Shown here piece by piece: positions 36,801-48,500 of a stretch of 64,000 nt of DNA (positions are counted from its first letter, which is position 1; every line of letters starts with the position of its first letter). Source of the stretch: Nemertoderma westbladi (lineage: Eukaryota; Animalia; Xenacoelomorpha); the NCBI GenBank assembly GCA_032718475.1, contig JAUCBJ010000877.1:196109-260108 (forward strand), written 5' to 3'. The notes under the pieces were generated by a model. It was not told the DNA's origin, made no database searches, and saw only the letters and a list, made by a program, of their open reading frames with translations. Position numbers and translations under genes: made by a program.

Positions 36801-37130
36801 TTCTCCGACCAAAACGAATCCTGTTACCTAATAAACACCACCGCAGTGTATCGAGCACTCGTGCATGAGAAAGACACAGACAGCGACCTTACCTTAACTA
36901 CTTCTGATCAACAACCATCTTGGAAAGCGCCAACTTCCAATATAGGAATCCGAGAATTTCCTGTAGTCCAGTTACGGGTCCACGGACCTCAGAAGAGCTA
37001 TATAGTGAACGCCCTCCTGGACTCCGGTAGCACAGGAACATTCATCGATAAAGAACTAGCCGAAGTCATCTTTGCTGGACAACCCAAGTTCCGAACCAAG
37101 GGATCATGCAGGTTTGGAATTCTACTGTAG
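33810..37130 (+). CDS. gag: BEL-C Gag (capsid-like domain, three Zn knuckles) and protease start
   Basis: KFNGDEMKWLPF...EKLRFLIECLEG (Pao gag, DUF1759-like); CVLCDGPHRLNAC, CYNCLRRGHQRRTC, CAKCGAKHHILLH; ALLDSGS. Confidence 0.93.
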   Translation: MSDSQQTLSDSLLEGVRMSIRLRQRLKRICDQDQSMEHPRPKSKSPPTVRKIIPQVVVSDPRLVQHRRSIIGTRAQVKRDQEAAEPQQPASQELTSQRPDSSSSSDTVERTPERGAKMADKVYDERPTYEESTDATSSQEESEVTAEKPHKRDAIDIYLSDYQRFVGDEELRRRLEGLSPNSEGTKLVLDAIDAEMLAANQAKFDEQLRITRVQEEQVKKKRIEDRKKAAVVAAEAERKAAAAKAKAAEAAAEAKAAEAAAEAAAEAKVAEAERKAAEETTQLELENIQENQDCINKQLAASNMQMMNRSTPKRQGYTSSEEGDTTDTEGKGNRSRLSRRKRTFHRQKLPDLPPAVRRQLNSTNLGSTEPTDQIIKIERLPTIVDEPEIIRPVLEITPSVIDTPVLPEVTSKFPLHSTKLPVPSRTAHEAVQVLDPERNIPDLSPVVPRPPATTLATPASAVEWVDERRRGMDLLLGQMQETVQQFKGTVRESRLELQEVQQSIALERDKLVNTQKGIPPPSVTMCQPVRSEVSHAQGVEPTRIYTASEVETPIVNPIKGNYRPVDKDIPYRTDHNPRNLYTDNSILNNTMAQESFTRQMARTEARQAVKVGEIVKFNGDEMKWLPFNEYYKDNIQNSVLSNGEKLRFLIECLEGSPKLMALKFIGHPDGLRQVWDTLNIRYGNRNNIAGYLYAKLVAPRKFISSGIIEFSDEIQEICRQLDWLGKSHEYQNTMVIRAVASTLPKGGVGTRWDKKVLYMMEQQRRDPTMADLMSFLDIEVKLQLLRQSREKTLENKVSEKPVSRRRVTPMCYTDDGESLTSQGEDSGKDTERSYYVNKTPKDQVSKSKSRPNDRREPVQKTPPTSPKRIQVRKSEERTSVHHIAQVKVSNIKPKCVLCDGPHRLNACDKFLRKSLKDRREVMWDKRLCYNCLRRGHQRRTCYSDARCAKCGAKHHILLHTEFERNSPSQVSESELHVQFSDVNDTDQSEMEGLYTDEFSDQNESCYLINTTAVYRALVHEKDTDSDLTLTTSDQQPSWKAPTSNIGIREFPVVQLRVHGPQKSYIVNALLDSGSTGTFIDKELAEVIFAGQPKFRTKGSCRFGILL

Positions 37131-38218
37131 CTGCCGACTATTATATAGGTGAGTTGTCCACTCCACAGGATAAACTAGGAGAATACAGTATAAGGTCAGT
37201 CAAAATGGTGGCAATAAAGAACTTCGCTACCACCCAAGTGGAACCTTATAATTGGGACGAAGATGATCATGCCCAACAACTTAACATCCCTAGATTCGAC
37301 ACCGATTATCCTGGAGTACAAATATTAATCGGTCAAAACGCGCATGAGGCGCTGGAGACATTGGAGAAACGACCTGCTCAACCGCAACCACTTCAGACCT
37401 ATGCGGTAAGAACTAGAGTAGGTTGGTACCTTACTGGACCTTCCCGAAGAACGCTCAGAGAAAGACTGCTTCAAGATCGCGTCCGCCAGGTGAGTGAATG
37501 GGAAGATGATACTAGTGAGGGAGACGACCCAACAGAGGGAACACCATACTCCTCAGATAATGACGATATTAGCTCCAATGTAGATCAATGGAGATATTGC
37601 CCCAAGAAGTTTAATCCAACTGACATCGCTTCCAGAGGAGCAACTCCTCAAGAACTGACAGATACTACAGACCGGTTAGGTGAACCCGACTTCCTGAGTA
37701 AGGAGGATGAATGGCCTCCCCATCTTACTCCGACTGAGATTAGACCAGCCAAGGGAGCGGAGAAAGTCAAACCTAAAACCCAGACGGGTGGATCGGAGTT
37801 ATTTGAACCCGGGATAGATCTGTCGGTATTACATATTGCCAGGGACGACGCCGTGGATCTGGACCTCCCCACCGCGAGTGGATCCTTCATGAAGATCAGA
37901 GAGAGCGATTGGAGCTCTGGAACATCAGACGTCTCGCAGGGACTCTCACCTCTCCTGCAGGGAGCGACGGACCACTATAGCTCCTGGAATCGGCTTTGTA
38001 AGGCCGTCGTGTACTTAGAGCGATGTTTCTATCGTCACTATTCCAGGACGAAGAGGAAACCTGGAATTGTATTCGGGATGCAGCGACTCAATCACCCAGT
38101 CGGTCGTTTGTGTTTACCGGAAGGGAATGGAGGACTCTCCGGAAACTGTGGAAGGCAAGATTCTCTTCCCACGACCACCTCCCTAATCCTTCAAACATCT
38201 AGGGACTCCATAACGTAA
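37106..38218 (+). pseudogene. BEL-C pol remnant: protease C-half joined to the post-RNase H region; RT, most of RNase H and integrase missing
   Basis: ILIGQN...AVRTRVGWYLTGP, then QWRYCPKKFNPTDIASRG and SSWNRL. No YVDD or DDE motifs. Confidence 0.85.
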
Positions 38219-41200
38219 CAACATATGGAGTGGGTGTGTGACTCTATTATTTTGTATTTGTTTTATTTTTATATTTATGTATGTATTATTATGTAATTTT
38301 ATTTTAATCGTTTTATTTAATTTTATTTAGTAGTATGGTATTTTAGAGATTATTTAGTAGATTAGTGCAATATATATTCGCGTTTATTATTTAATTACGT
38401 ATATTATATATTTAGTGCGACGGCGAGAAATAATTATTTTCTCTTTCCTTACTGCCCGTATTACATTATCAATACGTGACTACAGTAAGATGAAATATCC
38501 GTACTTATTAAAGTACAATAAAGCCACTACTATATTTAAGTATTATTGGTAGGCAGAGTATTAGGAATGCAAAGTTCAGATCCTCGTGTCTCGGCTAAAC
38601 CAAGCTCTGGGTAGACCTTGGAAACGACTTGCCTCTTCACACTGACATTGCTTCGTGCGATATTGCTCTCATACCGTATATTAAATAATACATATAGTAG
38701 CGTGATGTCCCTTTAACAGTAGCGTATAACGGAAAATAAATCTGTTAAACCCTTTGACCATCTGCAATTCTAGTCTATTAAGATATCGCGGCACCCACCG
38801 ATATACTTGAAAGACAAATTTTAGAATCAGTGGTTAACGTCCCCAGACAAGTTCTGGAATAAATTGGTGCCCATCTCAAATATTAATTATTTAATATTTG
38901 CAAATCTAATAAATCAAATCTGTAAAATTCAGATCCTTCAACAATTCTAGTCAATTAAGATATCGTAGCATTTACCGATATTCTTAAAAAGACAATTTTC
39001 ATAGAATTAAGGATCTTGTGTCCCCAGACATGTTCTAGAATCAAAATATGTCCATTTAATTATCAAATAATAAAATTTCAGGGAATAAATTTAAATTCAT
39101 GCCTTTTAATGAATTTAATAAATTGCCATTTTTACGCAATTTATAACATTCCCAAAATTCCATTAATTAATAGATCAAGGGAGCGGAGATTTATCTTATT
39201 ATGAGTATGAGTGTGCGAAGTCTCCCAAACATAGTCAATAGCCGATAAAATTCATAAAGTCATGTATAAAACAGGACATTGACCATTAAAGAATTACTAT
39301 TAAATAACATCCCAGATCTGTATGCATTGGAATTACCCTAATTCTACCGCTAGCTTTACATAATGTCACCATAGCAACAACCACGCTAGAATTAGAATTG
39401 AGTTAAAAGAACAATAGAAAGCTTGTCCCATTGAATAGCATAGGGAATAAATAGCGCACTGCTAGTATCCAAGGATACATAATAATACAGTGACATTCTG
39501 GAAGGCATTGACTAACGGACAAATGGCCCGAGTGTGTGTAATTTGTGACAAGTTGTGTGTGTGGTATTTGTGAGTTTATAGGCGAATGTTACTACTAAGG
39601 TGTGTTTACAGTTGCGAGTCGCAATTGTGAAAGTAACCCTAACTCTCCAGTAAGAACCTGAGGTGTATCTAAGCCTTTGGGACGGACAGTCGAGTGACTT
39701 GTGCCGGTTGTCGTTGTCGTTGTGCGGCTACGTCGTTGGCGAAAGTACAGCAGCGACGACACATCGGCGACTTTAGTCCAACTGCTGCGGAGGACGATGG
39801 TCGTTATATCGAACCGCCAATGTCCCAAGAGCAGCTCGCGCGAGTTGGACTATAGAAAATTCGCTGCTCGATATACGCAGCGTAATGGTACGTATATGGT
39901 CTTCTTAACTACTGGTCATCCTATCGATTTACACAATACGGACTATGTCGACTATATATCCTGCCCAGCGGAGTCGGAACCATAAACTGAAATTCGAATG
40001 CGAAAATTCTATTCGAAATCGACTCGAAAGAAAAGACACTAAAGAAACAAATAAACGCGGTAACTCCAACGTATATTTGGAATTCTTGATAGAAGCATTG
40101 TAACAACAAATAAATATCACCCGCGTTTCCCCTACCAGACGTACGTCTTTGGTATTATTACGATAAATGCCCTAGACCCAACTAATAAACGGAAAGACAT
40201 AAACATCCACGGAAACGTTGTGTTAAACACAGTTGTGCTCGTTATATTTATTGGAGTTTCGAGCGAAACTTGTTTGACGTATCACCTATGCTCACTCGGC
40301 TCGAACGATCCTGGAGTAAACCTATGATCAGAGTCCCGGAATACTCGGTCAAACCTCCTCATTCCTTAGTTGGACCTCAGACCTGCGATCCTGGTGGTGT
40401 CGCGGATCCTCGCGGACTGTATTCACTGTTCAAAGATCTAGTGCTACCCTAACAATTAATCGGTAACACTCCGACAGTGATTTCTAGCTAGCCGCCCATC
40501 TTACCTAGCCGGATTGTGACGCGGACACCTAATATCACTATCCCACCGTATGGTCGTCCCCGTTTAACGCGATACAACCCTTCATCAAGGTGAAGGAGAG
40601 CGTTGTACGAAACGAGTTAAACGCTATTCTATAAAGATCAAAAAAAAGAAACCTGCGTTTGTTCAGATAAACGTAAGTTATAACAGTAAGTCCAATCGAT
40701 AAACGAATTGGCCTTATCTTAGTTCGATTGGGAAATCTCGAATCTCTAAGAAGATATCAAGCTTAGAAAACCCTATTCTCTGCGAGAGTTTTGGACGAAC
40801 GTATCCCATGACAAGCGGAGGAAAATCAGCTCGAGGAGAAGCATATCGAAATGGACGAGGCTCCGACCGTAAACCCAAACCTTCTAATGCAATTGTATTG
40901 CACCCTTTACCCAGGAGTTATGGCCCTCCTAGTAAAGTGGCTCCCCCCAAAGAGAAAAAGACTCTTGCTAGCCTCAAAAAACTGCGTAAACGCCGTCTGC
41001 GTAAGAAAGACTAACTGTTTAGAGTATCTTTATATTTTAGAAACTGTGATTTGTTATATTTTATAGACTTAAATCCCATTTTCTGGGAGCGGTGTAAAAG
41101 CTTTTGCGTAATTAGCCGGTTATTTTCCCGTAAAGTACTCTGTAGTTGGTTTACCAGGCATAAAAAGGCCGTGTCCTTACTGTACTGGTGTTTTAGAGGA

Positions 41201-42774
41201 CATAAAAGCCATTTCTTCTGTATGTGTACTTTAAAGGACATAATCCGTAATTTCGTGACGCAATAGCTGGATACTCTTGAAAACAGTGTCGCTACCATGA
41301 CGACGGCTAACAGCTGATATTGCCACGTAGAACATTTCTTTGTTTCTTTGTTCTCTCTTAGTTCAGTCAGCCAATCAGAGCATTTTTATGGCTCTTGTAG
41401 AGAAATTTCCTAGAAATCACGCAATGCTGTATGGGCAGTGTTATCATTCAGTCCTGAGCCAAGGAAGAACGGCTTTGGAGTATTTTTGTGCTTTTCTGCT
41501 TTAGCCTTACACTAGTAGGCTTAATTATAAGGACATATATCCGTTATCAAACCAACTGGGTAACTCAATGTTATTTGCACTGGTTAACACTGGTTAACTG
41601 GCCCATACTGTGCAACTTAACTTAACATTACTGCTTTGCTGTCGGTTATTCATTATATTTGTTGATGAATTATTATATTTGGAATAACGAGAAATAACCC
41701 CGAAACCCAATATTCTTGATATACCGAAGGTAAGAGAGAAAGGTTACATATAACGATTGCGACTTATGTTAAAGTGGTTTGAAGTGAATCTAATGTTATT
41801 TGATAGACCCTACATGAGTCGGTCTGTGTTCCTTTTATACGTGACTAAAATCAGTGAAGATCGGCAGATTAGTGTGCAGTATTGTGCAGCATTGTGTATG
41901 AGTGAGACTGATAACGAAGCATTTCCTAAAGAATGCGCCATATATGTGAATTGTAACTAAGCCATATCGTTGTGAGTAGTTTAAGTCATAACTCTGTTTA
42001 TATAGATAGAGCGCCACGTCCTAAAGGAACTGTTAATATTCCCCGAAGGTGAATAATATTGTCAGAGATTATATAATACTGTCAGTCGAATAATACATTA
42101 GGCTTACATTGCAATACGATTAAGCCGTCGAAGTCAATCTCCCGGGTATATCCAACGGGTGAATGATCGCGCACAGATTGGTTTCAACTAGTGTAGTGAA
42201 TCAAATACTTGTCAGAGGCTAAAGCGATTTATTATCTAGAAGACATCCTAATTTGGCGGGTTAAACTGCCAAAGGTCTGAAAGCGCGAACAGACCTGTAT
42301 TAGGCAAAATAGCAGTAGCTGTGTAGGCCCACCAGTACTGTGCACGGGTACAAGACCCAAAATGTAGCCTACATCTGTAAATAATACACGGTTTCATGGT
42401 ACAACACCATATAAATTAGACCACCATCTGTAAAATGCTCGCCTGAGTTCAGGAGTTGCACAGATGTCAGGATGTGCTGATTCTATATCATCCACTATCG
42501 GATTCTGGTAGCCTGGAACTAGACTAGACCACAGAACTGATGCGACAGAGCGAGGTGCCGTTAGCCTAATATTTCTTGGAGGCTGGTCCGATAACACTCA
42601 ACTCATTGTTTGGTTGGACATTGACATTATTGCATTACAGTGTACATTATTACATACTGATTAGTATGGATTGAGAAATTGGATATATTTGGACGTCAAT
42701 GGATGGATAGCTTTGGTTTGAGAAACTAATATCACGTAGGCCTACCTTATCATATCTTTGCGATAATTATTACT

Positions 42775-43290
42775 AGATCCACTGGCCCCCAGCCACCTTC
42801 AACAAACCATCATTGCCGGGGGGCACTCAGCTGAGGGGGCTGGGGGCGGAGCGCATTAAAAACTCTAAGTATCGCGACCTAATGGACCGGGGTCATTTCT
42901 TTCACCCCGTTGCTTTGAGACCTTTGGCCGCCCCAGTCCAGAGACATCCACCTTCCCCCGGGAGATCGGGGCTCGTCTCCACAGTGCCACCCACGAACCG
43001 CAGTCACGCCAGTTTCTGCTCCAGCGCCTGGAGATTGCAATTTTGGTTGGTAATGCAGCCTCAGTCATGGGGACAGCAACCACACCGACCATTGGTCTAT
43101 TCGGGGACTGAAGAGCCGAAACTGTCGAAATGGTTGCCAATGGAGTCACCAACGGGATGACGGCCGAAGATATTCAATACTCTATCTTATGCAATCTCAA
43201 ATATTCAATTCGGTACTGTACCTTCAATTCAATCTTAGTATTATTTCTGTGCTTCGTTATTTAATAATGTGATTAGATAAAAAAAATAAA
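42775..43290 (+). mobile_element. 3' fragment of a CRE-type non-LTR element (restriction-like endonuclease), frameshifted
   Basis: Across frames: AERIKNSKYRDL...FFHPVA-ETFG...EIGARL...QFLLQRLEIAILVGNAASVMGT, followed by an A-rich tail at about 43278. Confidence 0.75.
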
Positions 43291-45532
43291 TTAATGAAAT
43301 ATAATTCATCTGTTAATTATTTCAAAAAAAAATCCAAAATTATATTAACATTTATATAGTTTTGAATTAAATGTTTCGAAATCAATACAGCAGTGTCATA
43401 TATCGCGTATCCCTTGGTTTAATCACTATTCTTTATTCAAATAAAACTGAATCCTGGCCCGCCGCCTTCACCCTCCACTGATAATTTAAAATCGTAATTC
43501 ATTCAATCTTTGACTAAATTATACCAAACTTGGTAAACATGTAATCTTGTCTATCGGCTAAAATAAACACAACTTGCTAAAGTTTCCCCTATAATGTTTT
43601 TTCCTATAGAACAGGATGCAGTTTTATTTTAGTAGTAAACAAGCTGTTATTTGCGTCGATTTTCACCTGGAGAGGGAAGAATATTGATTGCCCCCCCCCC
43701 CCCCTACCTGCAGTTAAGTGAAAATATTTCGGCACCATTTAATTTTATTATCACGGTCGCGCATCAAGTAGTCTGTCAAAAGATACAATTCATTATAAAC
43801 ATAACAAAATTAATTATAATAATTCTAAAAATATAAGGCGGATTATCCTAAAGTTAGCTCTTTAGTCTTTAGCAACCTTATACATTGACAAGTCTTATAA
43901 AATAATTGATGTTGAATAATTATTATTAAGATTAAAATATATTATTAGGAATTCGAAGAAAGCAAATTGTATTGAGTTAGTATTGGCAAGTTAATCTCAC
44001 AAACCAGTCTAGTCTAACTTTACAGTAGCCTTGTTCGCTTTGTTCCAGGTTTAGGCCTATAGATTCCACCGTCTTCGTTCCAGGTTTAATACTGTAATAG
44101 ACACCGTTATCCGTCTCGATCGCTTCGCTATGCACCATCTTACTGGGTTTAATAAACTCCGTCGCCTTCCTGTCATTCTGTGTTTTGTAGATTACCTCGC
44201 CATCGTGTGATCGCTTTGGTTGCGTGTTTAATACTGTAATAGACTCAGTCGCCATTGTATCGTTATGGATTGAATAGACATTCCGTTGTCCATCGTGATC
44301 GTTTCATTGTTTACGTTTAATTGACTCCGTCGCCTCCTCGGATTAGGAATCCGGCCGGGTTTCGTAGATTCCACCATCGTTCAGCAGTTCAGTGTTTTTA
44401 ATCAAAGCCAGAATTCCGGCACGGGCACCACAATCAACGATTTCGGAAGTAACAGACCAGCAGACTCCGTCAACAACACTCGGGGTTTAAAAACTACAAC
44501 TGAGGGCAACTTGTAACTGCAGAACTGGGCGATCATCTATCTGATAGTTGAAAAAGACTGTCTGACAGTTGGTATCAGACTATCTGATAGTTAGCGCCCC
44601 ATGGGTAAATCCTTACCCCATGGGCTGTTACCTCTCTGACTGACAGCGCAACAGCCCCTATAGTCCATGGTGAGATAATGTCACACTAAAATTAACTCTC
44701 AATGATAGTCATACTCACCATTCAAATATCCCTCACAAACCAGATTCCCCCCAGCATCTAAAGTATTCCACTTCAATGCAAAATATATAGAGCTTTAGTT
44801 GGATTTGAACCTGTGCTTGTAAACTCTTTTGTGCTCGTATATTGAAGTGACGCATAGACTATGAGGGTGTCATAAGTGACACCCTTTGCTCCTTTCTGCG
44901 ACACTTGGACCTCACTGATGACCCATTGTGTGTCAGGGCGCTAATCAGTCTGAATAATTAGGATAATCAATTAAACCCTAATTAAGAGTCATATGACACC
45001 TGTTAGGGTTTAATTATACTAATTAATTGATGCCACCTGTCAATTAGGATCTAATTAGCCTAATTAGGAGGTGTCACCCAGACAGTCTGGCGCCAATGAC
45101 ACCCAATGACACCCATAGGCTGATAATTGGGTGTCATATGACACCCAATGGGTGTCATGTAGGTCTAACTGTCACCGAGAGGAGCAAACCCCTACTCCCA
45201 TCTAATCCATTTATATTGATCATGGAGTATTAAAAGTTGCATATCCTAATACAATATATATAAAAATGCTGATATAAATATATGGATATGTGTATATAAA
45301 TACCCATATCCAATTCAGCTAATTTATATTTATTTTAATGGAATATATGATAAGCGCACTTCTAATTATAGCATTTCTCCAATCTCTATTTAAAACAATA
45401 TATAGGATTAATTCTATAACAATTTATGAATTCAGAGAGGTTTTTTTGATGAAATAATTATAATGTTATTGGTAATTTACTTACTATAAACAGTTTTTAA
45501 TAAAATAACATGTTTTACTTGTGGTACTTTTA

Positions 45533-48500
45533 TTACAAAGAACTACTTCGTTGTCGCGATAAGTTTTCCAAATGCGGATGTGGGTTCAAACCTAGAAGTT
45601 CAGCTAAATGTTTTTGGTTTGTTTGAACTAAACTCTCGCAGAAAGTCTTAAAATCACTATAGGGTCGTTTCTTTATTTGCTCTATCAATTCGTTGTTACA
45701 ATCAAATGAATTTGTCTTTGATCTTATAATGCCAATACCGAAGCTATTTAAAACTAATTCACTTTGCAGGATTATAATGAGCGCCTCATGCTCCATTTCT
45801 GTAGCCAGTTTGTGCTGATATTTCGTCAATAAAACCTTGTGTTGATGTCGATCAAATTTAATTTCAGACCGTGAATCTTCCAGAAACAAGAAGAGATCTG
45901 CCAATCTTCCTTGGTTAGATTCTCTCAAACTCTCGCAGAAAACTTCAAAATCCTTATAAGGCCTTTTCTTAATATAGTCAATGAGATCACAGTTTTTTTG
46001 AAGGGAGGTGGGCCTGGACTTAATTAATTGAACACAATTGTTACTAAGAACGTGTCTGCTTTCAAGGATAGGAAGTAAATTGGTTGGGTCAAGGCTTTTT
46101 GCCAATGTATATTGGAGTCTTGTTAGCATATATTGGTGATGCCTATTAAATTTAAGTTCTCTTTTATGGTCTTCTAGAAACAAAGGAAGTTCACCTATAA
46201 TATGACTTTGATTGGTGGCTTTCAAACCCTCATAGAAAATTCGAATTTGATAAAATCGAAGCCCTCTAATATGATTAATAAGATAATTATTTTTTTCAAT
46301 AGTTGTTACTTTTGATTGGATTATTTCGACAATAGATTTACTGATAACTGATTTGCTTTGAAGATATATTAGGAGTTCACCAATTTCCATATGTTCAGCT
46401 ATAATATCCAGCAGCTTTTCTCGATGAAATGATTCCAATGTTGTTGCTAATTTACATTTTATAAACCATTTTCGATAGAACAATGTTGCTACGTCTATCC
46501 CACTTGTATCACAATGAACCACTTCGTTTTCCAGACAAGATTCCAAACTTATGAAGTGAAAACAAGCCTCATTTCTACAATTATTTAGCTTATGAACTTC
46601 ACAAACGATATTACATCGACATCTAACTTTTAATTCAAAGTTATTTTTATTAAACAGTAAGTCATTTAATGTTATAAGTAATTGTTGTTTAAAACATGTA
46701 GTTATAACTCTATCTGGACATGGTTTTGCAAATTGGTTCTGCTGTGACAGAATTGGTCTTTGTATTATTTGAATTTTAATTCTAAAGAGACCCAAGGGAG
46801 AATTTTCTATAATAATCTCATGATCTGCATCCAGGTAAATCTGAGTAAATCTATGATAAAGTTTTGGCTCAGTTTCTCTATCACCATTCTCATAGCACCA
46901 GATAATGATTTGTTTTATTAACTTAAAGTACAAGTTGCTTGGAATGAATCCGTCAAATATTAAATACATTTCTATACTGTTCCATTCAATTGGAAATCCA
47001 TCAGTGTCTCCCCACGGTGTAAGGCGACAAGGAACATAGTATGAAGTCATTGATCGAATAGTATCATGAGATATCAATGCATGGGCTGGAATAGGAATTC
47101 TTTCAACCAATAAATCAAATCGTTCTAAAATATCTAAAGTATAAGTTATCTTAATTGGATCAGTAATATCTCTCCACAAGTAATCAATAAGCTTCTTATG
47201 TAAGATTCCTTTTTCATTAAGATCCTTCCAGTAAGTAATATGTTCTGGTTTTATGTCATCTCGAACAGTTACTATTCTAGAAAACATATTATTTAACCAT
47301 TCAGTGTTTAGTATCACTGTGTCTTTCAATTGATCATCATCAAAATATATTAGTGTGCCTCTATCATGGTAAAAGTTTAACATTGTTTTTAACCCTGAAG
47401 TGTCAAAACTTACTTGAATTTCATTTAATTTTTCCTCTAAATCAACAACATCAATATAATCAATATCCTTTTTCATTAGTGTGAACACAAGTTGTTCAAA
47501 TTTAATATATTGCAAAGGAATTTCCTCTTTGAATTTCACCATTTCGTTTACAATATTTTTCTTTAATGCTTCAAGTTCATGATCCTTCGAAGATCTTAAT
47601 GTGCCATTATTTTCTATGCCATGATATCCTTTAATAAGTCCGGAGTAAGGTTTGTTTTGAACTGAACTTCTAATTTCTCTAAACTGCATAGACAACCATT
47701 TCTTTGAGTCATTATTAACACATCCCTTATGTGTTCCAACCACAAAAACTGGTGGATATAAACCATTACCTTGAGTACTGCATGATTTGGTGCTAAAACT
47801 ATATATATTTCTCATCCATAAATCAATGAAATCAATGTTTCTCATGTTGGTATAAAGTTTATAAATGTTTTTATCATCATCTCTGACTACAATGTCAGCC
47901 TCTTTATGAAGATCTTGAGATAGATCAAAAACTAGTAAATAAATAGCTTGTCTGCTCAGAAATATCGGATGAGTTGTATAGTAAATGCACTGGCCACCAA
48001 AATCTAGAATCTTCAAGGAAAAATGGTTATCTTCTTTGATAAATTTAGCTAATATTTCTTCAGGTTTTCCAGATGAAAGTATATCTTCTATGCGACATAG
48101 AATATCTGTTGGAATAGGTGGCATGATTTGGTCATTTGTATTATCTAGCAGAAAATAATTTTTCGCAGTCGATTTCGGTTTTTTTCTTTTACCCACATAT
48201 TTAGTCTTTGATTTTCTAGTTTTTTTATTCCTTTTACTTACTAAGACTTTAGTGGCTCCTTTTAAAGGGTAGCAAAATCTACTGTTACTTCCCGATCTGT
48301 TCTCACTCAATTTTTGGAGTCCGTCATTATTATGGTTAACAGCACAACTATCCACTGTTGAATAGTTCGATGCGGCATTGGTTCCAATTGAATCTCCACT
48401 ATGATAATTACTTTCTAAAACAGATCTTGCAATTTGGTTTGCAAAAATCCCATTAATTTCAGGACCAAATGTATCGTTATCTCTCATGTTAGTCCAATCA

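Larger units (their letters stand above)
28353..42291 (+). mobile_element. BEL/Pao LTR retrotransposon (BEL-C), pol-deleted
   Basis: LTRs 28353-29512 and 41093-42291 (TG...CA; a 39-bp indel plus a few substitutions), 5-bp TSD GACCT, purine tract GGGAGCGG before 41093. Confidence 0.95.
28289..44669. mobile_element. Second TIR DNA element (possibly P-like) nested in the host element
   Basis: ~55-bp TIR GGGCTGTTGCGCTGTCAGTCAGAGAGGTAACAGCCC(T/A)TGGGGTAAGGATTTACC at 28289-28342, inverted at about 44605-44658. The right end reads ...CTATAGTCCATG. Direct repeat TCCATGGTGAGA at 28275-28286 and 44664-44675. Confidence 0.75.
9209..45191. mobile_element. Long-TIR DNA transposon (about 3.7 kb without nested inserts); left TIR truncated; superfamily unassigned
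   Basis: 9209-9397 is the reverse complement of about 44865-45054. The right TIR continues to ...GAGAGGAGCAAACCC at about 45191 and contains repeated GGTGTCA/TGACACC palindromes. An internal ~239-bp repeat is split by the LTR element at 10223 and resumes at 26149. Confidence 0.75.
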
